Assembly (NCBI GenBank): GCA_002269645.1
Contig: NIVC01002003.1
Location: forward strand, 124,001-188,000
Source: Macrostomum lignano
Lineage: Eukaryota
Direction: 5' to 3'
Length of the DNA: 64,000 bases
In this document: one piece after another, positions 13,619 to 26,156 of the stretch
Numbering within the stretch: position 1 is the stretch's first letter
Layout of the letters: each line of letters starts with the position of its first letter
Notes under the pieces: model-generated
Databases searched by the model: none
What the model saw: only the letters and a program-made list of their open reading frames with translations
Told to the model about the DNA's origin: nothing
Position numbers and translations under genes: made by a program

Positions 13619-14245
13619 CAGCCTGTGTGTTTTGACGCATCTGAAAGAATTATTGCCGTTTGGAATTTCTTTCAGCTCCATATCGCCTAGTTACCCCATG
13701 GGACAGCTAAAGAAGCCAGCTCATATGAGAGAGGGAGAGGGAATAGATGGGAATAGTTTGCGGACCCTTGACGCAAAGAAACTACTAACCAAGTTCACAT
13801 TTGGAGTTAAATTGCTGTTGCTATCAATTTGTCTTTAAATATTGTCAAAGGTCAATTGAAAGCTATCCAAGAATAGCCTCAAAAAGTAGTTTAATTTCAT
13901 TTGAACTCTTGCAACATTTCTGCATTCGAAACCTTTTGATTTTGTTCTAATAATTGTGTCCTCCAATTTTCCGGATTTACTAGTAGATTTTGTTCTGATG
14001 CTTGTGTCGACTTTTGTAAATTTATATTTATTTTGTAGTTTGACTATTGTTGAATAAATATCTGTGTTGTTATGCAGTATTCGATTCTCAGAATAACTCG
14101 TGTTAGCAATTTGTGAAATGTCTCTGAAAGACTCATCAATAAAATGAAACTCCACATATTCAGCAACACTGACTTTACTGTTTTTTTATGATTTACAATT
14201 ATGTCAAGAATAGCATCTAGCAGGCTTCAGCGCAAATGTACATGT

Positions 14246-15805
14246 TTGATGTCTGATGTCTGATGTCTAAAGTCTGATGTCTGGTGTCAGATTTCTGATG
14301 CCTGATGTCTTGTGTCTGATGTCTTGTGTCTGATGTCTGAATGATACCTGATCTCTGGTGCCTGATGTCTTGTGTCTGATATCTGAGTGATATCTGATCT
14401 CTGGTGCCTGATGTCTTGTGTCTGATGTCTGAGTGATATCTGATCTCTGGTGTCTGATGTCTTGTGTCTGATATCTGAGTGATATCTGATCTCTGGTGCC
14501 TGATGTCTTGTGTCTGATGTCTGAGTGATATCTGATCTCTGGTGTCTGATGTCTTGTGTCTGATATCTGAGTGATATCTGATCTCTGGTGCCTGATGTCT
14601 TGTGTCTGATATCTGAGTGATATCTGATCTCTGGTGTCTGATGTCTTGTGTCTGATATCTGAGTGATATCTGATCTCTGGTGCCTGATGTCTTGTGTCTG
14701 ATATCTGAGTGATATCTGATCTCTGGTGTCTGATGTCTTGTGTCTGATATCTGAGTGATATCTGATCTCTGGTGCCTGATGTCTTGTGTCTGATGTCTGG
14801 GTGATATCTGATCTCTGGTGTCTGATGTCTTGTGTCTGATATCTGAGTGATATCTGATCTCTGGTGTCTGATGTCTTGTGTCTGATATCTGAGTGATATC
14901 TGATCTCTGGTGCCTGATGTCTTGTGTCTGATATCTGAGTGATATCTGATCTCTGGTGTCTGATGTCTGATGTCTTGTGTCTGAGTGATATCTGATCTCT
15001 GGTGTCTGATGTCTGATGTCTGATATCTGAGTGATACCTGATCTCTGGTGTCTGATGTCTTGTGTCTGATATCTGAGTGATATCTGATCTCTGGTGCCTG
15101 ATGTCTTGTGTCTGATATCTGAGTGATATCTGATCTCTGGTGCCTGATGTCTTGTGTCTGATATCTGAGTGATATCTGATCTCTGGTGCCTGATGTCTTG
15201 TGTCTGATATCTGAGTGATACCTGATCTCTGGTGTCTGATGTCTTGTGTCTGATATCTGAGTGATATCTGATCTCTGGTGCCTGATGTCTTGTGTCTGAT
15301 GTCTGGGTGATATCTGATCTCTGGTGCCTGATGTCTTGTGTCTGATGTCTGGGTGATATCTGATCTCTGGTGTCTGATGTCTTGTGTCTGATGTCTGATC
15401 TCTGGTGCCTGATGTCTTGTGTCTGATGTCTGGGTGATATCTGATCTCTGGTGTCTGATGTCTTGTGTCTGATATCTGAGTGATATCTGATCTCTGGTGC
15501 CTGATGTCTTGTGTCTGATATCTGAGTGATATCTGATCTCTGGTGTCTGATGTCTGATGTCTTGTGTCTGATGTCTGGTGTCTAAAGTCTGATCTCTGGT
15601 GTCTGATCACGTGCTTGTGTCTTGTGTCACGTGCTTGTGTCTTGTGTCACGTGCTTGTGTCTTGTGTCTGATATCTAAGTGATATCTGATCTCTGTTGTC
15701 TGATGTCTGGTGTCTGATATCTGGTGTCTCATTTCTCGATTTCTGATGTCTGGTGTCTGATGTCTGATGTCTGATGCCTGGTGTCTGATGTCTGATGTCT
15801 GAGTA
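14246..15805. repeat. ~46-bp higher-order repeat built from TCTGATG-like 7-mers
   Basis: Unit TCTGATCTCTGGTGCCTGATGTCTTGTGTCTGATATCTGAGTGATA, with simple (TCTGATG)n at the ends and three 21-bp CACGTG-containing units at ~15605-15665. Confidence 0.95.
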
Positions 15806-16562
15806 ATATATATGATGTCTGGTGCTTGGTATCTGGTATATGAAGCTTATATGGTACGTGTCTCAATATGGAGTCTGACAAACTTTTGCTTTTTCTACGT
15901 ATTCTTTTATAAAGTAATATCACTCATACAAGATTACACGCTAAAAACTTGAATTCCTTGTATTAGGAGTTGATCAAAAATGGCATAACACAAGGCTGGA
16001 GTATGGCATGTCATGTACTCGTAGCTCACTGTGTGGAAATACCTTCGGGATAACTTCTGAATGCTTCTGAGCTGCAGTTCAGAGGTTGGGGGGGTTGGTG
16101 TCCTCACTGCCAAATCAATAACTTAGGTTTTAACTAATTGCAATTTTTTACTGCTAGCTGCATGAGTGTGGGTTTTATCAACGACCCCCTGAAGTCAGAG
16201 AGAGTGGAATTGAATTCTTTTAAACGCTGCTCATAGTTAATTGGTTTATGATGGCCGCTTGCGCGAGGTTACCAGTTGACAGCTGCTGGGGTGATGGGGC
16301 AGTTGGTTTTTAGAGGTTTTGGCACTTAAGCTGTTATCTGCCCTCCCTCCCTTCCCTTCATCCTTCCCCGCGTTGCCATGGAAACGATGGCCACCCTCAG
16401 GGATCTGACTTTGTTGCGTCTTTTTGACTAGCTTTGAGGATGATGCAATGAGGATGTATCTTGCAAATGGGCTCAACTACGAGTATACTATCTCAAACGG
16501 CCTTGTTTTCAAATCTCAAATCAATATGGCTTAGTTTTGACGTAGATTCCAGACACACCTTG

Positions 16563-16775
16563 ATTGATACCAGACACCATGATACCAGACACCATGATAC
16601 CAGACACCATGATACCAGACACCATGATACCAGACACCATGATACCAGACATCAATGATACCAGACACCATGATACCAGACACCATGATACCAGACACCA
16701 TGATACTAGACACCATGATACCAGACACCATGATACCAGACATCAATGATACCAGGCACAATGATACTAGAAACC
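16563..16775. repeat. 15-bp minisatellite (GATACCAGACACCAT)n
   Basis: About 14 units. Confidence 0.95.
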
Positions 16776-17613
16776 ATAATGCCAAGATACCATACCAGAA
16801 ACATTCGTTGAGCAGGAGCAGTTTGATTTTTATTTCAATAAAAAACACCAATGATTTCGGCCACATAACGATAAAACAAAATGGTTTAGGATTAGTATAT
16901 TTTTTATTAAACAAACTTCTTTGCGTATAATTAAGTGGCTGCAATCGTATTTTGGAAAAATATTTTTTTAAACATTAAATATAGTAGCAAGAGGAAAACT
17001 TTTCATAAGAGCATGAAGCAATGAAAATTAGGTAATATAAAATTAGCTTCGAGAAAAAATGTTTATCAAGTGCATCGGTCTGGGTACATAGTTATATAAG
17101 CTAAAGAAACTTTTAATCTGAATAATTACAGCATTATTGAAAAATATTTTATTTTTCCTAGGAAAAAGGACTTAAATTTTGTTCTAATAAAATATAACAA
17201 ACACATCTAATCTGACGCAAAACTAGCTAGCGATTAGAACCGAGGATTAAAACAAGTAACTAAAATAACGAAAAACTGATTAAAACAGATGTTTTAAAGC
17301 CGAAAATTATGGGACATTATAACAAAATTATTACAAACTTTATGAAATAAGCAATTATTTAGATACAAAAATTAGCCACCTTGTTTATTATTATTTCTTA
17401 TTTCTTATTGTTTATTGTTTATTTCTTATGAAATTAAGAATTTACTAAATTTGGGCATCTTAACAATTAAAATAAGAGTTTTTAATATCGTACAGGTAGT
17501 AACTTCTCAATCAAAAATCTGTTTTTAAAATTTGTCACGCTTGAGTTCGGCTCGATTCCAATTCTTAAAGTACTACCTGGGTTAGATAGAACCCGCTCTG
17601 ATTATTAAAAGAA

Positions 17614-18918
17614 TCACACCAAACCGTAGGCCATGAACTCGCACAGCAGAACGGCCCCACCATTCTGATTGACAATTCGAACGGAGGTGCCAATCCGCAT
17701 GCAGCTGAAGTTGGCCACGGAGAACGGCACCGTCAGGCTCACTCGGTTGCACTCCAGGCCGTCTACCAGCAGTGAGAACTCGTTAAACCTGTCAGCGCAG
17801 CAGTCCTGCCTGTTGTAGATGGTCACGTGAGAGATCAGACTTTTGCTTGACAGATGGGCCTCCCACCAGGCGTTTCCGGAGTAAGTGTGAGAGCAGGAAC
17901 CGCCGAGGTTTATATGGTTCTGATCAGTGTTGCCATCGAGGGCCTTGGAGCAGTTGCCTTGTCCAAATACGGTGCTCTGATTGCAGCCGGTAAACTGCAG
18001 CTTGGAAACCTCTGCAAGATCGATGGCGTTATTAGTGGATATGAGTTATTCAAAATGCTTCTTGCATGTTTTCTGCTATTGATCCTTCAGGTTTTCTCAG
18101 GAAGTTCAGAGGGTTAGTCATTGTCAACTTATAGCGTGCTAAGGGAACTGAAAACCTTCTATCTAGATCCAAACATTCTGTGTAGCGACAGACCGCGGTC
18201 TCTATTTGAAAGTTGCACACTATATCTGCAAGTTTAGCGTCCTTCAATCTTATTTATCCACGATACAGTTAACTTACAAATCCGGGACCTTCGGCGACAT
18301 CGTCTCCCCATGAGGCAATTCTGCCCATTTCGCTGACTCCCTGAGCACACACAAGGGCGCCAATATACTGTACGCAGGTACAAACTCATACACACGCTCA
18401 CACAGGGTGTACCGTACGGCTGTCCTAGCTTTCTAATCGTGCAGCATGGACACTCTCTGTGCCTTCGGTGTTGGCCTTCATGCCTGTGAACAACCCCCCT
18501 CGAGCACACAATTAAGCCCAAGACGGAATCAAATCAAGTGTCAAACGTCTCTACCGTTAAACTGCTCAGCTGCTCCGCATGCGGGCCACCCCCGACACTC
18601 ACCGATTCCTCTCCCGAACACGCCGACCGACTGGACTGCGGCCTGCCAGGTCTGTCGGGTGTACAGCTCCGTCATGTTGAACAGACGGCACAGGCCTTGC
18701 AGCCAGGCAAACCCGAAACAGTCCGGTGCGTGGCTCAAGCATTGTAAGGCGCAGTCAGCATCGCTTCTAGCAGGAGACTCAAATAAAAAATTGGCTGGAA
18801 GCATCAGAGAACTGTTGAGAACGATTTCATTGAACTTGGCGAAATCGGTAGCACAATCTACCTGACAGGCAGCCATAATCAGGACGAGCAGCACTTTCAA
18901 CACACGTAACGAAGCCAT
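17614..18918 (-). CDS. Secreted PAN/apple-like + F-type lectin protein, copy A (~237 aa); exons 18918-18603 and 18011-17614
   Basis: Hydrophobic signal peptide, then PAN-like C-x3-C-x6-C-x9-C (ARSDADCALQC...CFGF...CRL). Phase-1 intron G|GTGAGT...TTGCAG|AG joins in frame. FTLD motifs SKALDGN, SCSHT, AWWE, YNRQDCCADR, LCEF. Confidence 0.88.
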
Positions 18919-19004
18919 ATTTTACTCGTAGCTGGGCGTTGGATATACAGCTTTGTTGGAAGAAAAATAATCAACCAAATGGTTTTAATCATTTTTGTAG
19001 GGGT

Positions 19005-19140
19005 GAATGGGCAGCTGACCCATCAGCTCCCCGTTCCCTGCATCCAAGCTCTGGGATTGGGTGATGCTTCTTAATCCTCTGCGCACTGATGAGCTGATCG
19101 AAACCGGGCACAGGGCTTCCTACATTCCGTGGAATTCGAG
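19005..19140 (-). promoter_or_regulatory. Conserved upstream block of lectin A/B with CCAAT-like boxes (paralog 32345-32465)
   Basis: GCTGAC(C/A)ATCAGC and CCCTGCATCCAAGCTCTGGGATTGGGTGA are kept about 90-220 bp upstream of both ATGs. Promoter role is inferred. Confidence 0.4.
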
Positions 19141-19159
19141 AGCCACCCTCTACAATTTC

Positions 19160-20005
19160 AATGTTATGCACATCACTGTTATGCACCTCACTGTTATGTA
19201 CCTCACTGTTATGCACATCACTGTTATGCACCTCACTGTTATGTACCTCACTGTTATGTACCTCACTGCTATGCACCTCACTGTTATGTACCTCACTGTT
19301 ATGTACCTCACTGTTATGCACATCACTGTTATGCACCTCACTGTTATGTACCTCACTGTTATGTACCTCACTGCTATGCACCTCACTGTTATGTACCTCA
19401 CTGTTATGTACCTCACTGTTATGTACCTCACTGTTATGCACATCACTGTTATGCACCTCACTGTTATGTACCTCACTGTTATGTACCTCACTGTTATGCA
19501 CATCACTGTTATGCACCTCACTGTTATGTACCTCACTGTTATGTACCTCACTGTTATGTACCTCACTGTTATGTACCTCACTGTTATGCACCTCACTGTT
19601 ATGTACCTCACTGTTATGCACCTCACTGTTATGTACCTCACTGTTATGTACCTCACTGTTATGCACATCACTGTTATGCACCTCACTGTTATGTACCTCA
19701 CTGTTATGTACCTCACTGTTATGCACATCACTGTTATGTACCTCACTGTTATGTACCTCACTGCTATGCACCTCACTGTTATGTACCTCACTGTTATGCA
19801 CCTCACTGTTATGTACCTCACTGTTATGCACCTCACTGTTATGTACCTCACTGTTATGTACCTCACTGTTATGTACCTCACTGTTATGTACCTCACTGTT
19901 ATGCACCTCACTGTTATGCACCTCACTGTTATGCACCTCTGTTATGCACGTCACTGTTATGCACCTCACTGTTATGCACCTCACTGTTATGCACCTCTGT
20001 TATGC
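19160..20005. repeat. 15-bp minisatellite (CTCACTGTTATGTAC)n between divergently oriented lectin genes A and C
   Basis: About 56 units. Confidence 0.97.
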
Positions 20006-20414
20006 ACCCTATTGGTCTTGACCAGTACTGTTTTTTTAAATAAAGTTTTCCTTAAAGCTTATAATTCATGAATTATTTCTATCATATCGCACTACCTACT
20101 TCAAGGTAGTTAGGGCAGTAGTATATTTAGAAACCGGGTATAGTTTTTATCGATATTTTTCCTGTTGAAAATTTATATTGGAATCAATGTGCAGTTCTAC
20201 GCCTCAACAGCTAATAGATTCAATCGATGGGACAGGGAAGGGCTTGGGAAAATACTGTACGCGGCCGCGGCTGCGGTTGTCATGGCGACACACGCGCCTG
20301 TGAGGGTAGATCAACTTCCCCTTATTGATATAAACATTTCATCAGCGTGGAACCGTCAACTCAAATCTCTTTGGACAGCTAAATTTTGAGAGTCAGCAAG
20401 CACCAAGCTGAGCA

Positions 20415-21554
20415 ATGAAGTGCTGTAGCGCACTGACCATTCTGATATATTTACTGGTTGCGCCGACTGTTCAAGTGCTGGGTGTCTGCCGCAGCAAGAG
20501 CACTTTTTCTTTGCTCAAAGCAGACAGCTCAACTGTGCCTGAGCACTTCAAGTCATATGAAAACATCGTTGCTAACCGGATGCAGTGCCCGATGCTCTGC
20601 AAGCTGAAGCTGGAAGTCTGCTTCGGCTTCTACATGTTGAAGAGCTCGCCAGTGTGTCGACTGTTCAACGCATCGGCGTACTTCAACAACAACACCTGGG
20701 TGGCCGGCTCTGAGCCTGCCGCCGTCTACACTCTGTCACCGACTGTTGGTAAGTGGTCGTCAAAAAGTTGCATAATAAAAGTTTCTGGATAATTTTTTGA
20801 CTCAAAAAATCCTAAATTCAGTTGACTTTATCTGTAGAAGGTCACTAGAATTTTGTTTTTACGAACTTTTTTTACGGACCAAAAATGCAGCTTGTGGGTT
20901 GGCCATCATATGGCTGTCTAGCGCTCGAAAATCCCCCAATAAGCTACTGTGCTCCCATCCCCACCCCCGATACTTCAGTACCATTTTTAAGAAGAACAAT
21001 ATTTGTAGAAAGATAAGAAAACTACCCAGACACCGCGGAACGCCAAACATTTCAGAATCTGGTATTCGCATTGTCTCGTGCAATCAGAGCTCAACAGATT
21101 ACGGTGCAGACTGCAGTCGCGCAATCGATGGAAACTTCATTCAACATTTTTCTCAGCACTTAATGAACCAGTTAATGAACCGAACTCGTGGTGGGAGGTG
21201 CAGCTGGCTCAGGTGTCCAAGATCTCGGCTGTCAAGGTGTACAACAGGCAGGACTGTTGTACTCATAGGCTCAATATATTTACAGTGCTCATTGACGGTG
21301 TGGAGTGCGCGGCTGTTGACAGAACCCAGAGCTTCTCAACACTTACTGTGAACTGCGCAAGCTACATGTACGGCAGCCGGGTTCGAATTGGCCTGCCGAG
21401 TGGCTCATTGACTCTTTGCGAAGTTGAAATTTTCGGTGTCACCCGGACTAGTTGTGTGAAACCCACTATTATTGCAATAGGTAATGTTGAGGACGCTAAG
21501 CATGATTTGACAAGCAGCGGCTACTATAAGACAATATATATCCTTGCTATCTAA
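20415..21554 (+). pseudogene. PAN-like + F-type lectin gene, copy C; exons 20415-20748 and 21056-21554; one frameshift at ~21145-21185 (pseudogene or assembly indel)
   Basis: Signal peptide plus QCPMLC...CFGF...CRLF. Phase-1 intron G|GTAAGT...TTTCAG|AA. SCNQSS..CSRAIDGN is in one frame and NSWWEVQL..YNRQDCCTHR..LCEVEIFG in another. Confidence 0.8.
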
Positions 21555-21959
21555 ACTTTAAATATGCATACAAAGTTTATATGCTTGTTAAATTAACGAA
21601 TTTTAAAATTTCATTTTCGGCCCAGTTAAAGTTAACTATATTTTTTAATTGTTATAAAAAGCATGGCAATGCAATAACGTTAATAAAATGAGTTTTTTTA
21701 CAATGCAGGCAATCTTTAGTGAAGAAAATATAATCCACTTTGTAAATTATAACTGAATTTTTTTAAATTATAAATTGCAATACTTCTTTCTACTTTAGTC
21801 GTCTATGATACATCTTCAAACTAGAATATGATCGGAAATTCAGTTTCTCTTAGAATATATTCAGCGTACTGTAGCGTACTGTACTAAAAACTGCATCTGA
21901 ACTGGAAGGTGATGCCGCATCCACCATAACAGCCCCAGTCCAATTTTACAAATCTGGCT

Positions 21960-22260
21960 TGTAACTATCCGCCCAGCGCTAAGGAGGCAAAGCCTCTTAC
22001 GAACTATTTACTAATTTTCAAAGAGTATCATACGCTATAAAATAAGCGTGAGTATTCAATAATGATATTATTAAAAAATAGCATTTCCTTCCCATTCCAA
22101 TTTGTCGTCAGCTCATTAATCGCATTACCCTCCGTATGTCAGCAGAAGCAGCCTTGCATCCACTGACTCTGCAGCAGGACCCCTCATAAAAAATTGATGA
22201 CAAAGTCCAGCGCATAGACCAGTTTTTTACTGCGTGAATTCAACCCGTATAAAGTTGGGA
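21960..22260. repeat. Dispersed repeat; related copies at ~32620-32755 (same orientation) and ~44545-44830 (inverted)
   Basis: Shared CCAGTTTTTTACTGC(G/A)TGAATTCAACCCGTAT and flanking similarity seen by eye. Confidence 0.7.
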
Positions 22261-22671
22261 GCCCCCCCCCCTCAAAAGCCAGGCGTTCCGCCTCACCCAA
22301 CCCCAATATTATGTTAAAACAAATGATGTGAGCAAAATATTATTGTAATAATTTAAAATTGTTTTTTTCATACCATGCAGTCGTTGCTGGCAGAGGTTCA
22401 TCTAAACAGGGAGCTGTTTCAAAGAGCTTGGCAACATAATCTTCCTATTTCATTTGTTCAAATCGATCAAATTAGTACTCGCGCAACAACGATATTGCTG
22501 GACAACTCTGTAAACGCCGATAGAACATATTGTAAGAATAATAATTATAATTCTTATAATGATATTATATTAATAATTATATTCTTATAATATTATTATA
22601 AGAATAAGAATTATTATAATTATTATTCTTGTATAATTCTTTATTCTTATATATAATTATTATATTATTAT

Positions 22672-23496
22672 TGTGACGATTAAGGCGACACAGTCCCAGG
22701 ATCAAATGACGAAGGCGAATAATAACGGAGGCAATTTGTGTAGCGGTAGCACTCAGACTTAGACAGTTGATACAATTGTTTAGGTTATGGCCGATGGCGA
22801 CAATTCATTATGGTCATATAGACCCGCTCGCTATAGATTTCTGTCGGCAATATAAGAGTGGGACTGGGCCTGATTGGTGCGGAATCCGTGCTATGGTACT
22901 CTGGGCACTGCGGCAGGCAACAAAAATGGCGATGGATGGCTAATAGGCTACGGCGATGAAGTGGCGACGGTGAAGGCGTGGCGTGATCCCCACTCGGGAC
23001 AGTGGCGTGATCGAATGGAGGCAGCACTCTCTGTGGCAAGGAACTTAGCAGTGGCGTGGCTTGAACTTGGCAGAGTGAACTTGGCAGAGTGAACTTGGCA
23101 GAGTGAACTTGGCAGTGGCGGGGAGAGAAAGAGCTTGGGCCGGAAAACCTCTAACCCCGGGCGCCCCAGCCAGACAGGACTGATAACGAGCGGGCTGGGG
23201 GTGGGCGCACAACAAAAGCTTAATTTCAGGCTAGCATAAAATATGCACGGCCTTCCTATTGGCCGGCGTGAAAACCAACTTGAAAACAGAAACTATCGAT
23301 CGCATTGTACATAGGCTTTACGAGCTACGAACGTCGCGCAATGTTTTTAAAATTCCTTGGGCATTACTATAAGCAGTCGTTAGAGTACGAGACCATCTAA
23401 ATGGCGAAAAATGACATTAAATTAGCAATATTATAGAATGGCACTGCTTTCGCTAAAACGGCCCTTGTCGGGGCCACCTCAACTGACAACGTCACA
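22672..23496 (+). mobile_element. Solo-LTR-like element (TGTGACG...CGTCACA), related to 36424-37282; no TSD seen
   Basis: 7-bp inverted termini. Collinear patches match the reverse complement of 36424-37282 (CTGGGCACTG, ATTGGC(C/T)GGCG, TATCGATCG, TTGGGCA(T/C)TACTA and the last ~40 bp). Internal 14-bp repeat GAACTTGGCAGAGT at 23063-23115. Confidence 0.6.
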
Positions 23497-25362
23497 ATCA
23501 GCTCTCATGTTTTTCTGGTGATCCTTGCTGCGATATGCTGCACACACATACACTTGATGAAAAAGTAGAATCACAGGGAGCATGAGGTTATATATTGATA
23601 TGTCCAATAGACTACCATGTGTCTAACTTGACTTTAATCTGTAACTCTGTCTATGGCCATAAGACATAAGACTGCTTTTGCTTTTTAACAAAGTTTCACA
23701 GGCGTCTAAATAGTCTAGATAGTTAGAAATCTGAAGCTACCTTAGCCGGAAGATAGGTAGAAAATTATGAAGTCCCCAGGCGCAGTGAAGGGCGAGGCAG
23801 AAAAGCACAATGACCTTCAGATAGCTATTAGAAGGGCAAACAGAAGTAGCATTAAGACAATTAATCAACTGTCAAGTCAGATATGAATGACCGAATCTAA
23901 TAAAGCCTCTTTACATTTCAGTGAGTAGCAACACCCCGCCGCAGGCACAATGGCGCTCAAACCGGCCGGGAGAAGCGAACCAAGGAGAGGCCCGACTTAG
24001 AGAGCAATGAAGTTAAAAGGACGATCGGCACGCGGCACGAGAGGAGGTTGCCCGCCCACGGACTCCTATTCAACCTGGAGCTGCCCAAGAAGGCGAGATC
24101 AACCCCAAGAAGCTTGACAACCGAGAGAGAGTGAGAGAGGACTGTGTAATCAACCATGGACAGAGTTAAGAAAGGAAAACTAAGCTCTTTTTCTGTAATC
24201 TCTTTATCCAACGCAACATATAAGATTTGAAAAACCCTGAATAATCTCTAACCCTCACACTTAGAAACCTACTAGAACTAACTAAATTCGTGTACAACTA
24301 GGGGACTGAGTCCCAGATTTTCTATTGCTTAAATCCTTCGCCGTTGCTAACTACGCAAAGACACCCCACCAGCGGCGGGGGAGGTCAAATATGCCAATCT
24401 GTATAAAATAGACGCCCATCATAAAATAGACCTATTTGCATTGGTCTCTGAATTATCCAGTTGGCACAAATCTAAGTCTTAAACCACTCATTTGTCTTGA
24501 TAGTTATTGAAGGTGAGATATTTCGAGTGACATATTTATTTCATCCTGAGTACTAGGAGATCCTGTCAGTTTGTACCGTTTTTCTCTGACTGCTGGATAG
24601 AGAATTAAAGAAGCTGTAAGAACCTTAGACCGCTAGACCCACATTATAGAAAGTGAGATTAACAACAACAAGGCACCAGAGAAAAACGCGCATATAGACT
24701 GCAAAATGCTACGTTATAAAAACTTAATCACTCAGGACGTTAAACCAAGGACTACACTAAAAAACTCAGGATGCAGAACTTAAACTTGGTAGGATTTTTT
24801 TTCAAGGCCGTGTGAAAGCATGGCGACTTTATATGCGAAGCGATCTGAGCTTTGTATGAGCTTTGTTACATGGTGCCACCTGTTGAAGGCCCATCGTTTT
24901 CTTGAATTTCGTGTGCCTGCGAATTGCTCCATTACAGCGCAGCAAAAAAATTGTCAGGGGAATTTACCCCCCTCTTGGTAGTTCTACTGTTAATCTTTTT
25001 TATTAATGTTTTAATAGCTTAAGCAATCGCAGTGTAATTTGGGTCTATAAGGATTGCTTGCAGGAAGTCTGCTTGCCGAAGTTTGTTTGCAAAATTTTCA
25101 GCTCTATTGACTTCATAATTTGGTGTTAACGGTGTTTTATGTAGAAGTTAGAAGTATTTAGCAATACAAATTTGATTATGGATATCAAAAATGTCTAAAA
25201 TGTGTTAAAACATACAAGCTAAAACTTCAGGGAAAGAGGTTCTCTTAAAAACTGCATTTAGGACACCCAATTTTTAGTTTACAGCAGCATTTCAATTACG
25301 TTCGTTTCGAGAAACATTTTGAGAAACCGGCAAGCAAACTTCGTACTCCCATTGTAATTATA

Positions 25363-26156
25363 TAGCATTTTGCAGTCAAGTTTGAACTGCGGGCATTCAA
25401 ATTAGACGCTTGACCAGATCTCACTGCTGGCACAAATGCTATCTATGGCCTAGACAAAATCACACTGGTGGGCACTCAATTTAGACAAGGGGCAATCAAA
25501 TTAGACAAGTTCTCAGGCGCATTGGCTGGGCAATTCAAGATCGTGTTGCGTCTGTTGTCAGACAACCATTCTGTGAACCCTGAACCATGAAGATAAGAAC
25601 AAGTTATAACAAAGTAAGCATGTGTGAACAAACAAAACAGGGTGCTCAGCACATCAATGAACAAGAAGCGATTCCCGCGCATTTGCCCGAGTGTCATCAG
25701 AGGGTTGGCATTCAACAAGGCGGCCAGATGGTCCTTCATTGCAGGATTCATTCGACGGTGCCTGGCTCCTCCCCTTGGTAGCGCGTATCGCTGGCCATCC
25801 TGAACAAACTTGTTCCAGATGTTGTACACTGATGATCTCTTGACATCCAACATGTTGGCAATTTCAGCCAGAGTCACCACGTTGGCATGCCCCAATAATG
25901 AGGTCACGCTTCTCTCTGGAAATTCTTGCAAAGCGACGAATCGGATTGTCCATGGTCTTTTTCTCTGGCACACATAGACTTTCCGCTGCTTGTCTAATTT
26001 GAATGCCCGTTGTCTAAATTGAGTGCCCGTCAGTGTGTTTCAGTTTGTGCCACAGACATAAAGTTCTGCTTGACTTGGGGACGGATTCTGAAATTTGGCT
26101 CTTCCCTTCTTGTCTAATTTGAATGCCCGCAGTTCAAACTTGACTGCAAAATGCTA
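25363..26156 (-). mobile_element. Non-autonomous Tc1/mariner-IS630-like element, 794 bp, 45-bp perfect TIRs, TA TSD, retains transposase HTH region
   Basis: TIRs 25363-25407 and 26112-26156, TA at 25361-62 and 26157-58. ORF 25973-25476 contains TLAEIANMLDVKRSSVYNIWNKF...PRGGARHRRM...NPLMTL; no DDE domain. Confidence 0.88.

Noticed and set aside
12827-13681. PolyL and polyN/S ORFs
   Set aside because: Alternative frames of the neuroligin polyQ exon.
19086-19105. CTGATGAGCTGATCGAAAC as hammerhead core
   Set aside because: No stem II beyond 1 bp, no stem III or NUH site, and GAAA is not conserved in the paralogous block at 32426.
14267-20071. Repeat ORFs (IRHQ, MIPDT, VHNSE, YLTVM, LLCTS, HCYVP)
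   Set aside because: Frame artefacts of 46-bp and 15-bp tandem arrays.
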